Of a stretch of 64,000 nt of DNA, positions 10,401 to 21,391 are shown one piece after another. The position numbers were made by a program, and so were the translations under genes. Source of the DNA: Armatimonadota bacterium (GTDB taxonomy: Bacteria; Armatimonadota; SYMT01); NCBI GenBank assembly GCA_041690135.1, contig JAWLHY010000001.1:1152001-1216000 (forward strand), written 5' to 3'. A model generated the notes under the pieces. The model was not told the origin of the DNA. It worked only from the letters and a program-made list of their open reading frames with translations, and ran no database searches. Positions within the stretch are counted from its first letter, which is position 1, and every line of letters begins with the position of its first letter.

Positions 10401-10926
10401 GGTCTTGCAGCTCCACGAAGAAGTGGTCCGGTCCGTAAATCTCCTTCAGCTCGCTCGCCCGGTTACGGGCCTCCTGCATCTCGTTCTTGAGCAGGTTCTG
10501 GCAGATCTCGCCACCCAGGCAGGCGCTGGTAGCGATGAGCCCCTCCCGGTACTCGTGCAGCAGCTCCTTGTCAACGCGCGGCTTGTAGTAGAACCCCTCC
10601 AGGTACCCGCGGCTCACCAGCTTCACCAGGTTCTTGTAGCCCGTCTCGTTCTTGGCGAGCAGCAGCATGTGGTAATAGTTCTCGCCCCGAGATTTCTTCT
10701 CGAACCGGGACTTCGGAGCGACGTACACCTCGCAGCCGATGATCGGCTTCACCCCCGCCGAGGTGCAATGCTCGTAGAACTGGACCACGTTGTACATCAC
10801 CCCGTGGTCCGTGATGGCGATGGCCGGCATCCCGAACGCCGCGGCCTGCTTGGCCATGTCCTTAGAGCGGCACATTCCATCGAGCAGGCTTCCTTCGGTG
10901 TGGCAGTGGAGATGGACAAACGACAT
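7459..10926 (-). CDS. dnaE: DNA polymerase III alpha subunit
   Basis: MSFVHLHCHTEGSLLDG PHP start, RGSAAGS, MPDIDLDF catalytic motif, KMDFLGL, YGFNLNH, C-terminal OB fold. Confidence 0.97.
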   Translation of the reverse strand: MSFVHLHCHTEGSLLDGMCRSKDMAKQAAAFGMPAIAITDHGVMYNVVQFYEHCTSAGVKPIIGCEVYVAPKSRFEKKSRGENYYHMLLLAKNETGYKNLVKLVSRGYLEGFYYKPRVDKELLHEYREGLIATSACLGGEICQNLLKNEMQEARNRASELKEIYGPDHFFVELQDHGLKEQHFVNPELVRIARELNLPLTCSNDVHYLRQKDADPHEVLLCIQTGVTMNDPKRLRYGPPNFYLRSPEEMGQLFGQWPEAMETTLQIAERCNFKFDFSTTHLPVCEVPPGHTPESWLEKLCRDAVPEKYPVHTEELEDRLRYELDVIQTKGYAAYFLIVQDFVRFARSRGIMSQARGSAAGSLVSYLLNLTVIDPLRYNLLFERFLNRERKSMPDIDLDFADDRREEVIQYCKDKYGADHVAQIIAFGTMAAKAAVRDAGRALEYPLPEVDRVAKLIPTVPGTTLANSLVSIPELKKLFDEDPRAQKLVETAQSVEGLYRHCSVHAAGVVITKEPVIEYCPIQKMGEDTVAIQFEMSDAEKVGLVKMDFLGLRNLTVVDKCLKLVKKHRGIDVDLKQVPFTDEKTYKLLQAGESIAVFQFESSGMQKLLRNLKPDRLEDLIALVALYRPGPLQSGMADEFVKRKHGLSEITYLHPLLEPILNNSYGIILYQEQVMKITMALADFTAGQAEAAMKAMSKKKADVMEKLKPVFINGAVGKGVDQKIAEQIYEVMYNFASYGFNLNHSAAYAVLSYHTAYLKANFPHEFMAPNLSSIVDKKDKLALYINDVRRMGIELLPPSVNESEAEFAIATKDGQPHAIRMGLEAIKNVSRPCIEVIMKARQEGGPFSDFGDFIRRVCGSPDGQAISKTAIECLIKAGAMNCLPGHTAQLLAALEPAMASASAIRKQESRGQTSLFGGGADEEDDMGSLSVSLPIVPELPKHELRTMERDLLGVYVTDHPLKEAARILRSSTTVTAAELPEKKDREEVVVGGIIAQVTQRLTKKNDMMANISLEDVTGTMTVVFFPKSYEKCKEQLEKDKIVIIKGRASVRDRIVEDDDSPAIVEVQGEEITPIEMSTAVHVPSIHVRLGQARRTELMTLRQIFAANPGSARLMFHIDNNGREEKVLAGLRVGINPKVIEEASAVAGRAGGTVWVD

Positions 10927-11347
10927 CGCGGGGTTTACTCCGTGGCGGTCGAGGAACGGGAGGCGATCCACTGGTATGGTCGGTTGCCGGCCGTCGTTCC
11001 GGACAGGCTCTCTGCATGCGCGTGTCGAGCTTTGTCGGGAATTAGCGGAAGGCAGCTGCCGGGCGGCGGATCGGAGCGGAGAACATCGGCTTTCGCCGGA
11101 AAATAGACTCTCGCCCGTCGGGCTGGCGACGGTGGCGTCGCCGTGCCGGAACCAGAGCAGTTTACCATACACCCACCCTTCCAACAAGCGAAGGGGCGCC
11201 CGCCGTTTGGGATCGCCCCTTCATCCAGTCACGCCTTCAGGACTCTCCGGTTTGGCTATTCCCACTTCCGAGGCGGCGCTACGCGCGGATCGGGCTCCAC
11301 GCTTGGAATCTGGCGCGCTCCCCAATGGCCACGGCCGTTGACGGGGC

Positions 11348-11517
11348 GTCGGCTTGTCGGGTATAGTGCCGATAAGCCCCGACACGATGTTCCCGACGGC
11401 AGGCCCGACAGCCCTTGTCGGGTACCGCTCCGATGAACTGCGATCCGACGTGTGAAGAGCTTTCCGACAGGGGTCCGACAGGATAGAATCGCTCTGTCGG
11501 GATGAGCGAGGCCGACA
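11348..11517. repeat. Array of about 11 CCGAC(A)/(T)GTCGG motifs in both orientations
   Basis: Copies at about 11348, 11355, 11378, 11392, 11404, 11416, 11445, 11464, 11475, 11495 and 11512. Confidence 0.7.
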
Positions 11518-11529
11518 GCGGAAGAAACG

Positions 11530-12303
11530 ATGCCACAGCTACCGGAACGGGCGGCAGCCTACACACGGACCGGGATTCTGAAGCGTTTTCTCGATGCGCT
11601 TTCGGAATCGCTCCCCTCGCGGATCGACTCGGCCTACGCGGAGTCCCGCCTGGGGCTCAAGGGCGGAGATGTCCGCGCGTTCCTTCAGAGCATCCGGGTG
11701 CTGGGGCTGGTGGACCCGTATGGGCACCTGACCGAGCGCGCGCGGCGGACCCGCTCGGTGGCGCAGCGCCCCGGGGCGATCCGGGAAGGGCTGCAAGAGG
11801 CCTACCCGGACCTGGTGGCGCAGTGGGCCCGGCGGGGCGGTCTCACCCGCGAGGAATTGGAAGGAGAGTTCAAGGTCCACTACGGGCTCTCGTCCAGTAG
11901 CGCGGGGCCGGCTGCCAAGCTCTTTTCGGACCTGATGCGGGACTACGGCCATGCGGAACCGGCACGCGTTCCGGGCTACTCTGCCGGCACGACCGAAGCC
12001 CAGATAGCGGAACCCTCCTGGGCATCGGCTTCCTCGCCCGGTGGCTCTTCGGGGATGCCCCTGGGGCCATCCCCGGGAGGGTTGGCCGGCCCTACTCTCG
12101 CTCCCCCCACTCCGGGCGGAACTTCGCATCCGGCCGGACCATCCACTCCCGCCGGCACGGGAGCGGACGTGCGGCTGGCCGCGCTGGACGCGATCAAGTC
12201 GTCGCTTCGAATCGATATCAACGCCGAATGGGATGAAGACCGGATCCAACTGGTGTTCGATCGGATGGAGCGTCTGATGGGCAAGATCCTCAGCGAAGGC
12301 TGA
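11530..12303 (+). CDS. DUF5343-like putative DNA-binding protein
   Basis: N-terminal ...LPSRIDSAY...LRVLGLVD..G.LT...LQEAYPDL pattern typical of DUF5343, a Pro/Gly/Ser linker and a short C-terminal domain. Confidence 0.6.
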   Translation: MPQLPERAAAYTRTGILKRFLDALSESLPSRIDSAYAESRLGLKGGDVRAFLQSIRVLGLVDPYGHLTERARRTRSVAQRPGAIREGLQEAYPDLVAQWARRGGLTREELEGEFKVHYGLSSSSAGPAAKLFSDLMRDYGHAEPARVPGYSAGTTEAQIAEPSWASASSPGGSSGMPLGPSPGGLAGPTLAPPTPGGTSHPAGPSTPAGTGADVRLAALDAIKSSLRIDINAEWDEDRIQLVFDRMERLMGKILSEG

Positions 12304-12476
12304 GTTCGGAACCCCCGGGGACTTACCGACGAGCGGTATGTAAGAGCAGATTGCGGAGAGGGCGCGGCGCGCCGGGAGGCGTTCACAAGCCGACAATGGC
12401 GGGGAATGGAGGACGCTCAGTCGCCCTTCCCGAATGTAAGGGTGGCAAACAGCCAACCCACGCTCCGCACTTTTTC

Positions 12477-14174
12477 ATGCCCCGTAGTAAACGCCACAAG
12501 CTCCCCCGGATCGCGCTTCCCCGGTTCGGCATTACCACCGCGAGCCTGCTTTGTCTCTTCCTGGCGGCGCTCGCCGCCCATGTCCTCTTCTCCTGGATGG
12601 GCTTCAGCCCTGCTGACGATGGACTGGTCCTGGCGGGCAGCCGCCGCCTTCTTCAGGGCGAGATCCCCCACCGCGACTTCATCGCCATTCGTCCCGTGGG
12701 TTCCCAGCTACTCCACTTACCCGCACTGCTGGTGGGAGGGGCCTACACGCTCTGGGTTTCCCGGTTGGTGGTTTGGTTCGAGATCGCGGTCATCGCGTGG
12801 ACATGGCCGGGAATCATTCACCGCTTCCTCAAGATCCACGTTCCTCGCTGGGAATACCAGCGGCATGCACTGGTGGTGTTCGCCCTCACGGCCAACCTGT
12901 TCCCGGTGATGCCCTGGCCGGCGGTCGATGGCCTGTTCCTGCTTTCGTTGGGTCTGGTGCTTTGCCTCGGGCAGTCCCGTACTCGCAGGATGCTGGGTTA
13001 CGCGCTGGTCGGAGCCGCGGGGGTGTGCGAGCCGGCCTTTCTGCCCATGGCTCCGCTTGCGCTGGCGATCGTGGGAGGCTGGGTCCGAGTCCGCTACTGG
13101 ATAGCGGCTGTCTTCCCCTGGCTGGGGTATGCCGTCTGGCTGCTTCTAGCTTCCGCCTTCGGCGACGGATACCGCCAGATGACTTCGGCAGAGTTGGTGC
13201 TGGGGTCCGGGGAAAGCGCGAGACCCAGTATCGTGGGTCTTGTCCTGGGAGCTCTCCTGGGCGGGTTCGCGGCGTACTGCGGATACTCCAAGCTCGAAAC
13301 GGGAGCCTTCGCCCAGCGGGCCAACGCGCAGCGCTGGGCCGGTACGCTGGGGCTCTTCGGGCTTCCGGTACTGGGGTCGCTCTTCCTGATAGGCGGTCGA
13401 TATGAAGGGCTGCCCACGTGGGGTTTATTGGGTGCGGCGGTCGGAGCGGCCGGCGCCTTGCTGTTCCACGAGCGGAAATTCTCCTGGCGCGTCCGGATCG
13501 GGGTGATCGCGACCGCCGTCGCGTTATGCACTTCCTTTTCGCTGGGGCACGGGAGCCCGGCACTGGCCACCGGACTCCTGGCCGCGCTGCTCCTGGGATA
13601 CGGACGGATTTACCCGCGTGACCGGGATCTGGTGAAGGGGGCGCGGAGTGCTTTCGGTCCGCTGGCTTCCGCGGTGGCGGTGCTCGTGCTGGCGTGCTTC
13701 ATCGTGGGTCGGTACCTGCACGTCTTTCACGAGCGGGGCGTGGGATCGATCAACGAGTCCCTTCAGGGAATGCTGCCAGGAGCCGGTTTCATCCAGACCA
13801 ACCGGAACACCTTCGACTTGATTGCGGACTTGCGCACGGCCACGGAGCGAGTGACGCTCATGGAGAAGGTCGATACCTACACCCTGGTGCCGGGGGTTCC
13901 TGCGCACTGGGTGGGATCGGTTTACGGCAATCCCCTCCCGCTGGATTGGATGCAGGAGAGGGAGTTGACCCGGCCCGGCCTGCTGGCGCTCGCGCAGAAC
14001 CGGCTCGACGCCAATAAGGGCAACATCGTCATTCTGGTTCAGAAGTGTGACGTCGAGAAGATCGCGCTCGGCGTTCGACCGTTGCCGCCGGGTCCATACG
14101 ACGCGCTGATCGCGCACGTGCGGAAGGGTTATCGGAAGGTCGACGAGACTCGCTACTTCGAGATCTATCGCTGA
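12477..14174 (+). CDS. Polytopic membrane protein, GT-C glycosyltransferase-like
   Basis: DDG...GEIPHRDF...P.G motif after the first TM, many TM helices, soluble C-terminal domain. Confidence 0.6.
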   Translation: MPRSKRHKLPRIALPRFGITTASLLCLFLAALAAHVLFSWMGFSPADDGLVLAGSRRLLQGEIPHRDFIAIRPVGSQLLHLPALLVGGAYTLWVSRLVVWFEIAVIAWTWPGIIHRFLKIHVPRWEYQRHALVVFALTANLFPVMPWPAVDGLFLLSLGLVLCLGQSRTRRMLGYALVGAAGVCEPAFLPMAPLALAIVGGWVRVRYWIAAVFPWLGYAVWLLLASAFGDGYRQMTSAELVLGSGESARPSIVGLVLGALLGGFAAYCGYSKLETGAFAQRANAQRWAGTLGLFGLPVLGSLFLIGGRYEGLPTWGLLGAAVGAAGALLFHERKFSWRVRIGVIATAVALCTSFSLGHGSPALATGLLAALLLGYGRIYPRDRDLVKGARSAFGPLASAVAVLVLACFIVGRYLHVFHERGVGSINESLQGMLPGAGFIQTNRNTFDLIADLRTATERVTLMEKVDTYTLVPGVPAHWVGSVYGNPLPLDWMQERELTRPGLLALAQNRLDANKGNIVILVQKCDVEKIALGVRPLPPGPYDALIAHVRKGYRKVDETRYFEIYR

Positions 14175-14213
14175 CGGGCTGGTCCAGGAGCCTATGGCCC
14201 TGGGGGACCTTCT

Positions 14214-14385
14214 CGGTAGGGAATGTGACGCCGTTCCATTCCGCTGGCAACGAAGCTGATCCCGTCACGTCAAAGCGATCCAGTCCAGGTCCAGGATGGC
14301 TACGAGTTGGCGAGACGGGATCAGCTTCAGGTCGGGCGGAACGCTACGGCCCTATGCTTCGCCGGGTGTACGCGACGTTCCCTAC
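14214..14385 (+). repeat. GTAG-type REP doublet (REPIN-like), copy 1
   Basis: GTAGGGAA...TTCCCTAC termini; internal AAGCTGATCCCGTC/GACGGGATCAGCTT inverted repeat; 30 nt identical to the reverse complement of 45862-45891. Confidence 0.75.
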
Positions 14386-14502
14386 GTGGGCCGCCATCGA
14401 AAGGTTGCCGGACGGAACGCGACCCCTCCGCCGGGCTGTACCGCCAGCGGGAGAGTCTAATCGCTACTTACCTGCTGCAACAATGAGGTGCAGCCGGTAA
14501 GG

Positions 14503-14537
14503 CGTGAGAGGCCGGGGGTTTGCCCCCGGCCTCTCAC
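14503..14537 (-). terminator. Hairpin terminator downstream of clpB
   Basis: GTGAGAGGCCGGGGG-TTTG-CCCCCGGCCTCTCAC perfect stem. Confidence 0.7.
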
Positions 14538-14568
14538 CTCATGATGCTGTCCGGAAGATCCCTCCGGC

Positions 14569-17184
<2,616 letters not shown>

Positions 17185-17397
17185 GGCTTTATCTGATCCA
17201 GTCCACGCATTGATCAGGGATTGTCCCAATCGGGAGGCCTGTCAAACGCCCAAAACCTACTCCAACTCGCTCCAACCGACCCGGGTTCCTGTTCCATTAC
17301 GGCCCAGTTGGTTCCAGGTTTCAGCTCAAGTTGGTGGGAAGCCCGGTGGGCGACCGGGCTCCCCCACTTCTTTTTGCCCCGTTTTACGCGAGGTCTA

Positions 17398-17850
17398 TCA
17401 TTCCTCCGCGGCGCCTCCGGCCGCCTTGACTTCGATGCGGCGCGGCTTGAGCACTTCGGCCTTCGGGAGGCGGATCGTCAGCACGCCGTCATCGTAGCTC
17501 GCCTTGACGGCGTCGTGCTGGAGCGGCAAGCCCAGGCGGAAAGCCCGATGGAACTGCCCGTGGGGTCGCTCGGCATGGAGCACGGTTTTCCCCTCGGGAG
17601 TTACCCACTTCCGCTCCCCACGGATCACCAACTCTTCACCGGTGAGCTGGACGTCCAGCTTTTCGCGATCCAGGCCCGGAAGGTCCACGTGGAGCAGGAT
17701 CGCGTCTTCATCTTCGAACACGTCCACGGCCGGGCGCCACACCCGCCGCCCATCGCTCTTGCTCGCGCCGTTGGTTTCCTCGAACATCCGCTCGAACTGC
17801 TGGCGGAGCCGCGTGACGTCAGCAAAAGGGTCAAAGATCGGAACCGACAT
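17398..17850 (-). CDS. Small heat shock protein, Hsp20/alpha-crystallin family
   Basis: PAVDVFE...DLPG...ERPHGQFHRAF.L...ASYDDGVLTIRLPK. Confidence 0.93.
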   Translation of the reverse strand: MSVPIFDPFADVTRLRQQFERMFEETNGASKSDGRRVWRPAVDVFEDEDAILLHVDLPGLDREKLDVQLTGEELVIRGERKWVTPEGKTVLHAERPHGQFHRAFRLGLPLQHDAVKASYDDGVLTIRLPKAEVLKPRRIEVKAAGGAAEE

Positions 17851-17945
17851 CTCTCCAGTCTCTCCTCTTGAAGGTCTTCAGTTTGGCTCAAGGTGTTCCA
17901 GGAGCAGCTTGAGGGTCTGCTCTAGCTACCCCTGACTACATTAGC

Positions 17946-17974
17946 ATCGTATCTCTTTAGTCTTATGTTGTCAA
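17946..17974 (-). promoter_or_regulatory. Sigma70 promoter of hsp20-clpB
   Basis: Minus-strand TTGACA-N17-TACGAT. Confidence 0.7.
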
Positions 17975-18094
17975 GTAAAGACGCTAGATGACGCGCATAG
18001 CGGTTGTGGGAAATAGTTGCAACCATAGTGTCCTCCGGGTGGCATGGGGTCCGGATGTCCTGAGGAGCCAAAGGGTGCTAGAAAGAGGGCCGCA

Positions 18095-19489
18095 ATGTCC
18101 GGTCTCACTCCTTCACAAAACGACAGGCACGGATGTCCTGGCCCGCGGGCCTGGGGTGCTTCACGCCGGGAGGTTTTGCGGTTCGGATTGGCCGGGCTTG
18201 CTACGGTAGGTCTTCCGGATCTGCTGGATCTCCAGGCAGCCTCCGGTGGGCCAAAAGGGGTACACTCGGACCGCTCGGTGATCCTGGTTTGGTGTCACGG
18301 CGGCGCCAGTCATCTCGAAACGTATGATCCCAAGCCGGACGCACCCGTGGAGATTCGGGGCCCCTTCAGCGCCATTGAGACCACTGTCTCCGGCATCCGG
18401 GTCAGCAACTTGATGCCGCTCCAGGCGCGGATTGCGGACCGTTGGGCTGTTATCCGGTCCATCCATCACCGGGGGATCTGTCACCAGCAGGGACTGCAGA
18501 CGCTCCTGACCGGCCATGAAGAGCTCGTCCTGAAGCAGAAGCCGGATTTCCCCGATGCCTTCTGCGTGCTGGGGAAGTTGCGGGAAGGCGCGGACACGGC
18601 TCTTCCCCAGCACGTGGGAATTCCACCTCTGCCTTACGGAGGAGCGGCTTACCTCGGGCCCGGATACGAGCCTTTTGCGGTGAGCGGCGATCCCAGCCAG
18701 CCTACCTTCGAGGTCCCCGATCTCAATCTTCGCAATCCCGCTGCCCGGGAGCGGTTGGGCCGACGGGTGAAGCTACTACGCAGCGTGGATGAGGTGAGAA
18801 GGGATTTGGAAGCCGGCCTGGAGGTCAGGAGCCGTTCGCGCCAGTACGAGTCGGCGGTGGAGCTATTGACGGGGAGCCGGGCCCGGAAGGCCTTCGACAT
18901 CAGTCGAGAACCGGACGGCACGCGCGAAAGGTATGGGAAAAACCGTTGGGGACAGTCGCTCCTCCTGGCGCGGCGGCTGGCGGAAGCGGGCGTGGGAGCG
19001 ACGGTGGTTTCCCTCTTTGGGGTCGAGAACGGGATCATCGGCAACTGGGACGATCATGCCGTGAACGCCGACTGCTTCAAAGCTATGGAGCAACGCGCTC
19101 CAATCTTCGACCGGGCCGTCTCCGCGCTGATCCAGGATCTTTACGACCGAGGCCTGGATCGGAAGGTGCTGGTGATCGTCACCGGAGAATTCGGACGCAC
19201 GCCCCGAGTCAATGAGGCGGGCACGGGGCGACCGGGCCGGGATCACTGGCCCCACGCGATGTCGGTTCTCCTGGCGGGCGGGGGAATCCGGACCGGTCAG
19301 GTGATCGGCGCGACCGATCCCTGGGGCGAGTACGTGAGCGAACGGCCCCTTTCGCCGAACGACCTTCTGGCGAGCCTTTATCATCACATGCAGATCGATC
19401 CGCGACGCGAGTTCCTCGATCGCTCCGGCCGTCCCATTCCGATCCTGGATCGAACCGAACCGATTGCCGAGCTGGGACTACCCGCTTGA
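18095..19489 (+). CDS. DUF1501 family protein (Tat-like signal)
   Basis: SRREVLRFG; GGASHLETYDPKP, LLARRL, WDDH, GEFGRTP, GRDHW motifs. Confidence 0.9.
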   Translation: MSGLTPSQNDRHGCPGPRAWGASRREVLRFGLAGLATVGLPDLLDLQAASGGPKGVHSDRSVILVWCHGGASHLETYDPKPDAPVEIRGPFSAIETTVSGIRVSNLMPLQARIADRWAVIRSIHHRGICHQQGLQTLLTGHEELVLKQKPDFPDAFCVLGKLREGADTALPQHVGIPPLPYGGAAYLGPGYEPFAVSGDPSQPTFEVPDLNLRNPAARERLGRRVKLLRSVDEVRRDLEAGLEVRSRSRQYESAVELLTGSRARKAFDISREPDGTRERYGKNRWGQSLLLARRLAEAGVGATVVSLFGVENGIIGNWDDHAVNADCFKAMEQRAPIFDRAVSALIQDLYDRGLDRKVLVIVTGEFGRTPRVNEAGTGRPGRDHWPHAMSVLLAGGGIRTGQVIGATDPWGEYVSERPLSPNDLLASLYHHMQIDPRREFLDRSGRPIPILDRTEPIAELGLPA

Positions 19490-19550
19490 GAGCTCTGATC
19501 ACCGGTGGCATGTGTCATCAGTGGGCGGCAACCAGCTTCGCACCTGTCTC

Positions 19551-20270
19551 AGCCAGCATGACGGAGTCCCGCTGAGAGGCGGGCCTTCGCGAGCCTGGAT
19601 ACGGAACCTGGACTGGTGAGTGGACCCGACCGCGAGCATAGCGGGCCGGTGGCGCAGTTTGTCACTATCCGAACGCCGCAGCAAGCTCCATTGCATCGGG
19701 ACCAGAAGGGAGAGCGTACAGCCCTCACAGGAATCGAGGTCAGCAGTCGCGAAGGCCGGCCTCGCAGCCGGACTCCGTCAGGGTACGATAGTTCGTCCGT
19801 TCCGCGGGGCCGAGTTTGGGCTCAGTGGCGGACTGGCACTCCAGGTGAACTTTTGTGCTGTCGCTTCAGGTGGCTCAGTTCAGGGTTTCGCACCGGTCAC
19901 AGCCAGCATGACGGAGTCCCGCTGCGAGGCGGGCCTTCGCGATATGGGGTGCGGAACCTGACAGCGTTAGTGGATTGGGCTGTGAACACGCGTTTCAAAT
20001 AGTGGCGGTGTGTCACTATCCGGCTGCCGGTGCTTGCGCCCTTGGATTGGGGCCGGGAGATGTCCCGCGCCACACTTAAGGGATTCGAACCCTACTCTCG
20101 CGAAGGCCGGCCTCGCAGCCGGACTCCGTCATGGTGCACAGGTTCGTCCACTCCGCGGCACAGGGCTCGGGTTCATTGGCCGACCGGCTTCCCCTATGCG
20201 CGTACACGTGTGCCGCTTCAGGTGAATTCGCCAACGGTGCTTGCGCTTGTCACAGCCGGATTCCGTCAAG
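19551..20270. repeat. BIME-like REP array upstream of RAYT
   Basis: Forward REP AGCCAGCATGACGGAGTCCCGCTG.GAGGCGGGCCTTCGCGA at 19551 and 19901 (350-bp period); inverted copies at about 19747 and 20098; partial copy at about 20252. Confidence 0.85.
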
Positions 20271-20408
20271 GTGCAGATCCTTGCCTGGTCACCATGAGGA
20301 GATTGGTGTCAGCGGGTTTGCGCCTGTGGGTCTGCTTTGGGAGGTGGTGGGTACGTGTCCTGCCGAACAGACTTGCGCAAAGCAGCCCTGTAAACGTGGA
20401 GGGGCACG

Positions 20409-20969
20409 GTGCCTCGAAGAACCCCGCTGGAACCCTGGACGCCGAAGCGGCGACACCGCCCGCCGCACGCCTACGACGCGGGCAAAGCGATTTTCATCAC
20501 GGGGTCAACCGTGAACCGGCTACCGCATTTGCGCGCCAAACCGCGCAAGGACGGGTTCCTCGCGTTATTGGGAGAGTGCTGTGAGAAGTTCACGGTGGAC
20601 CTGCTGGCGTGGGTGGTGCTCGACCAGCACTATCACGTAGTCATTCACCCGCAGGCGCCGGAGAGCGTTTCCGCCTGGCTCAATGCCCTCCACTCCGTCG
20701 CCAGTCTCAACTGGAACCAGGAAGACGGTACGCCGGGTCGCCAATGCCTTTACCAGTCATGGGACTCCACGCTCTGGACCGAGGGCGACCTCTGGAGCCG
20801 GATCAACTACACCCATCTCAACCCGGTGAAGCATGGCTATGTGGCGGACCCCCGGGAATGGGAGTGGAGTAGCCTGCGAGAGTTCGATGCGGTGTGGCAG
20901 GACGATGAGGCGTGCCAGGCGCGTGAACGCTTTCCCGCGCCCCGCAAGCTCCCGCACGATGATTTCTGA
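20409..20969 (+). mobile_element. REP-associated tyrosine transposase (RAYT, Y1 HUH family)
   Basis: IFITGST, AWVVLDQHYH (HUH), NYTHLNPVKHG (catalytic Tyr), WEWSS; flanked by REPs on both sides. Confidence 0.9.
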
Positions 20970-21045
20970 CGAGCCCTGCCAGGAAACCGCGATCGGATGC
21001 TCTACGGTTCCGCCGGCAGATTGTGATGGAATCTGCGTCCGGATT

Positions 21046-21275
21046 AGCCAGCATGACGGAGTCCCGCTGGGAGGCGGGCCTTCGCGCGATTGGACACGGA
21101 ACCTGACGTGGTGAGCGGACCCAGCCGCGCGACCGGATGGTAGCTGTTCCGGCGTGTTGACATCCGAGCGCCGGTGCATGCTCCATTGCATTGGGCCCAG
21201 AAGGGTGTGCGTACAGCCCTCACGGGAATCGAGGTCTGAAGTCGCGAAGGCCGGCCTCACAGCCGGACTCCATCA
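21046..21275. repeat. REP doublet downstream of RAYT
   Basis: Forward REP at 21046-21087 and inverted REP at 21242-21275, with a spacer homologous to 19593-19746. Confidence 0.85.
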
Positions 21276-21391
21276 AGCTGCATGGGCCGATCTGGGTGGC
21301 CCGGCGGGATCTAACTCGTGAGGCTTGGAACGGAGGGGCGCCCCGATTCTTGGGGCGCCCGCGTGTTGTGGTTGGGGAGCTTGGAAGTCGG

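Noticed and set aside
7459-10926. Intein in dnaE or a DnaE2-type mutasome
   Set aside because: Length and motifs fit an uninterrupted replicative DnaE, and there are no imuA/imuB neighbours.
17941-17990. CIRCE element before hsp20
   Set aside because: Only TTAGCA is present; the TTAGCACTC-N9-GAGTGCTAA inverted repeat is not there.
19551-21275. Regularly spaced 36-42 bp repeats considered as a CRISPR array
   Set aside because: The repeats alternate in orientation, the ~120-155 bp spacers are mutually homologous, and there are no cas genes; a RAYT in the middle explains them as REPs.
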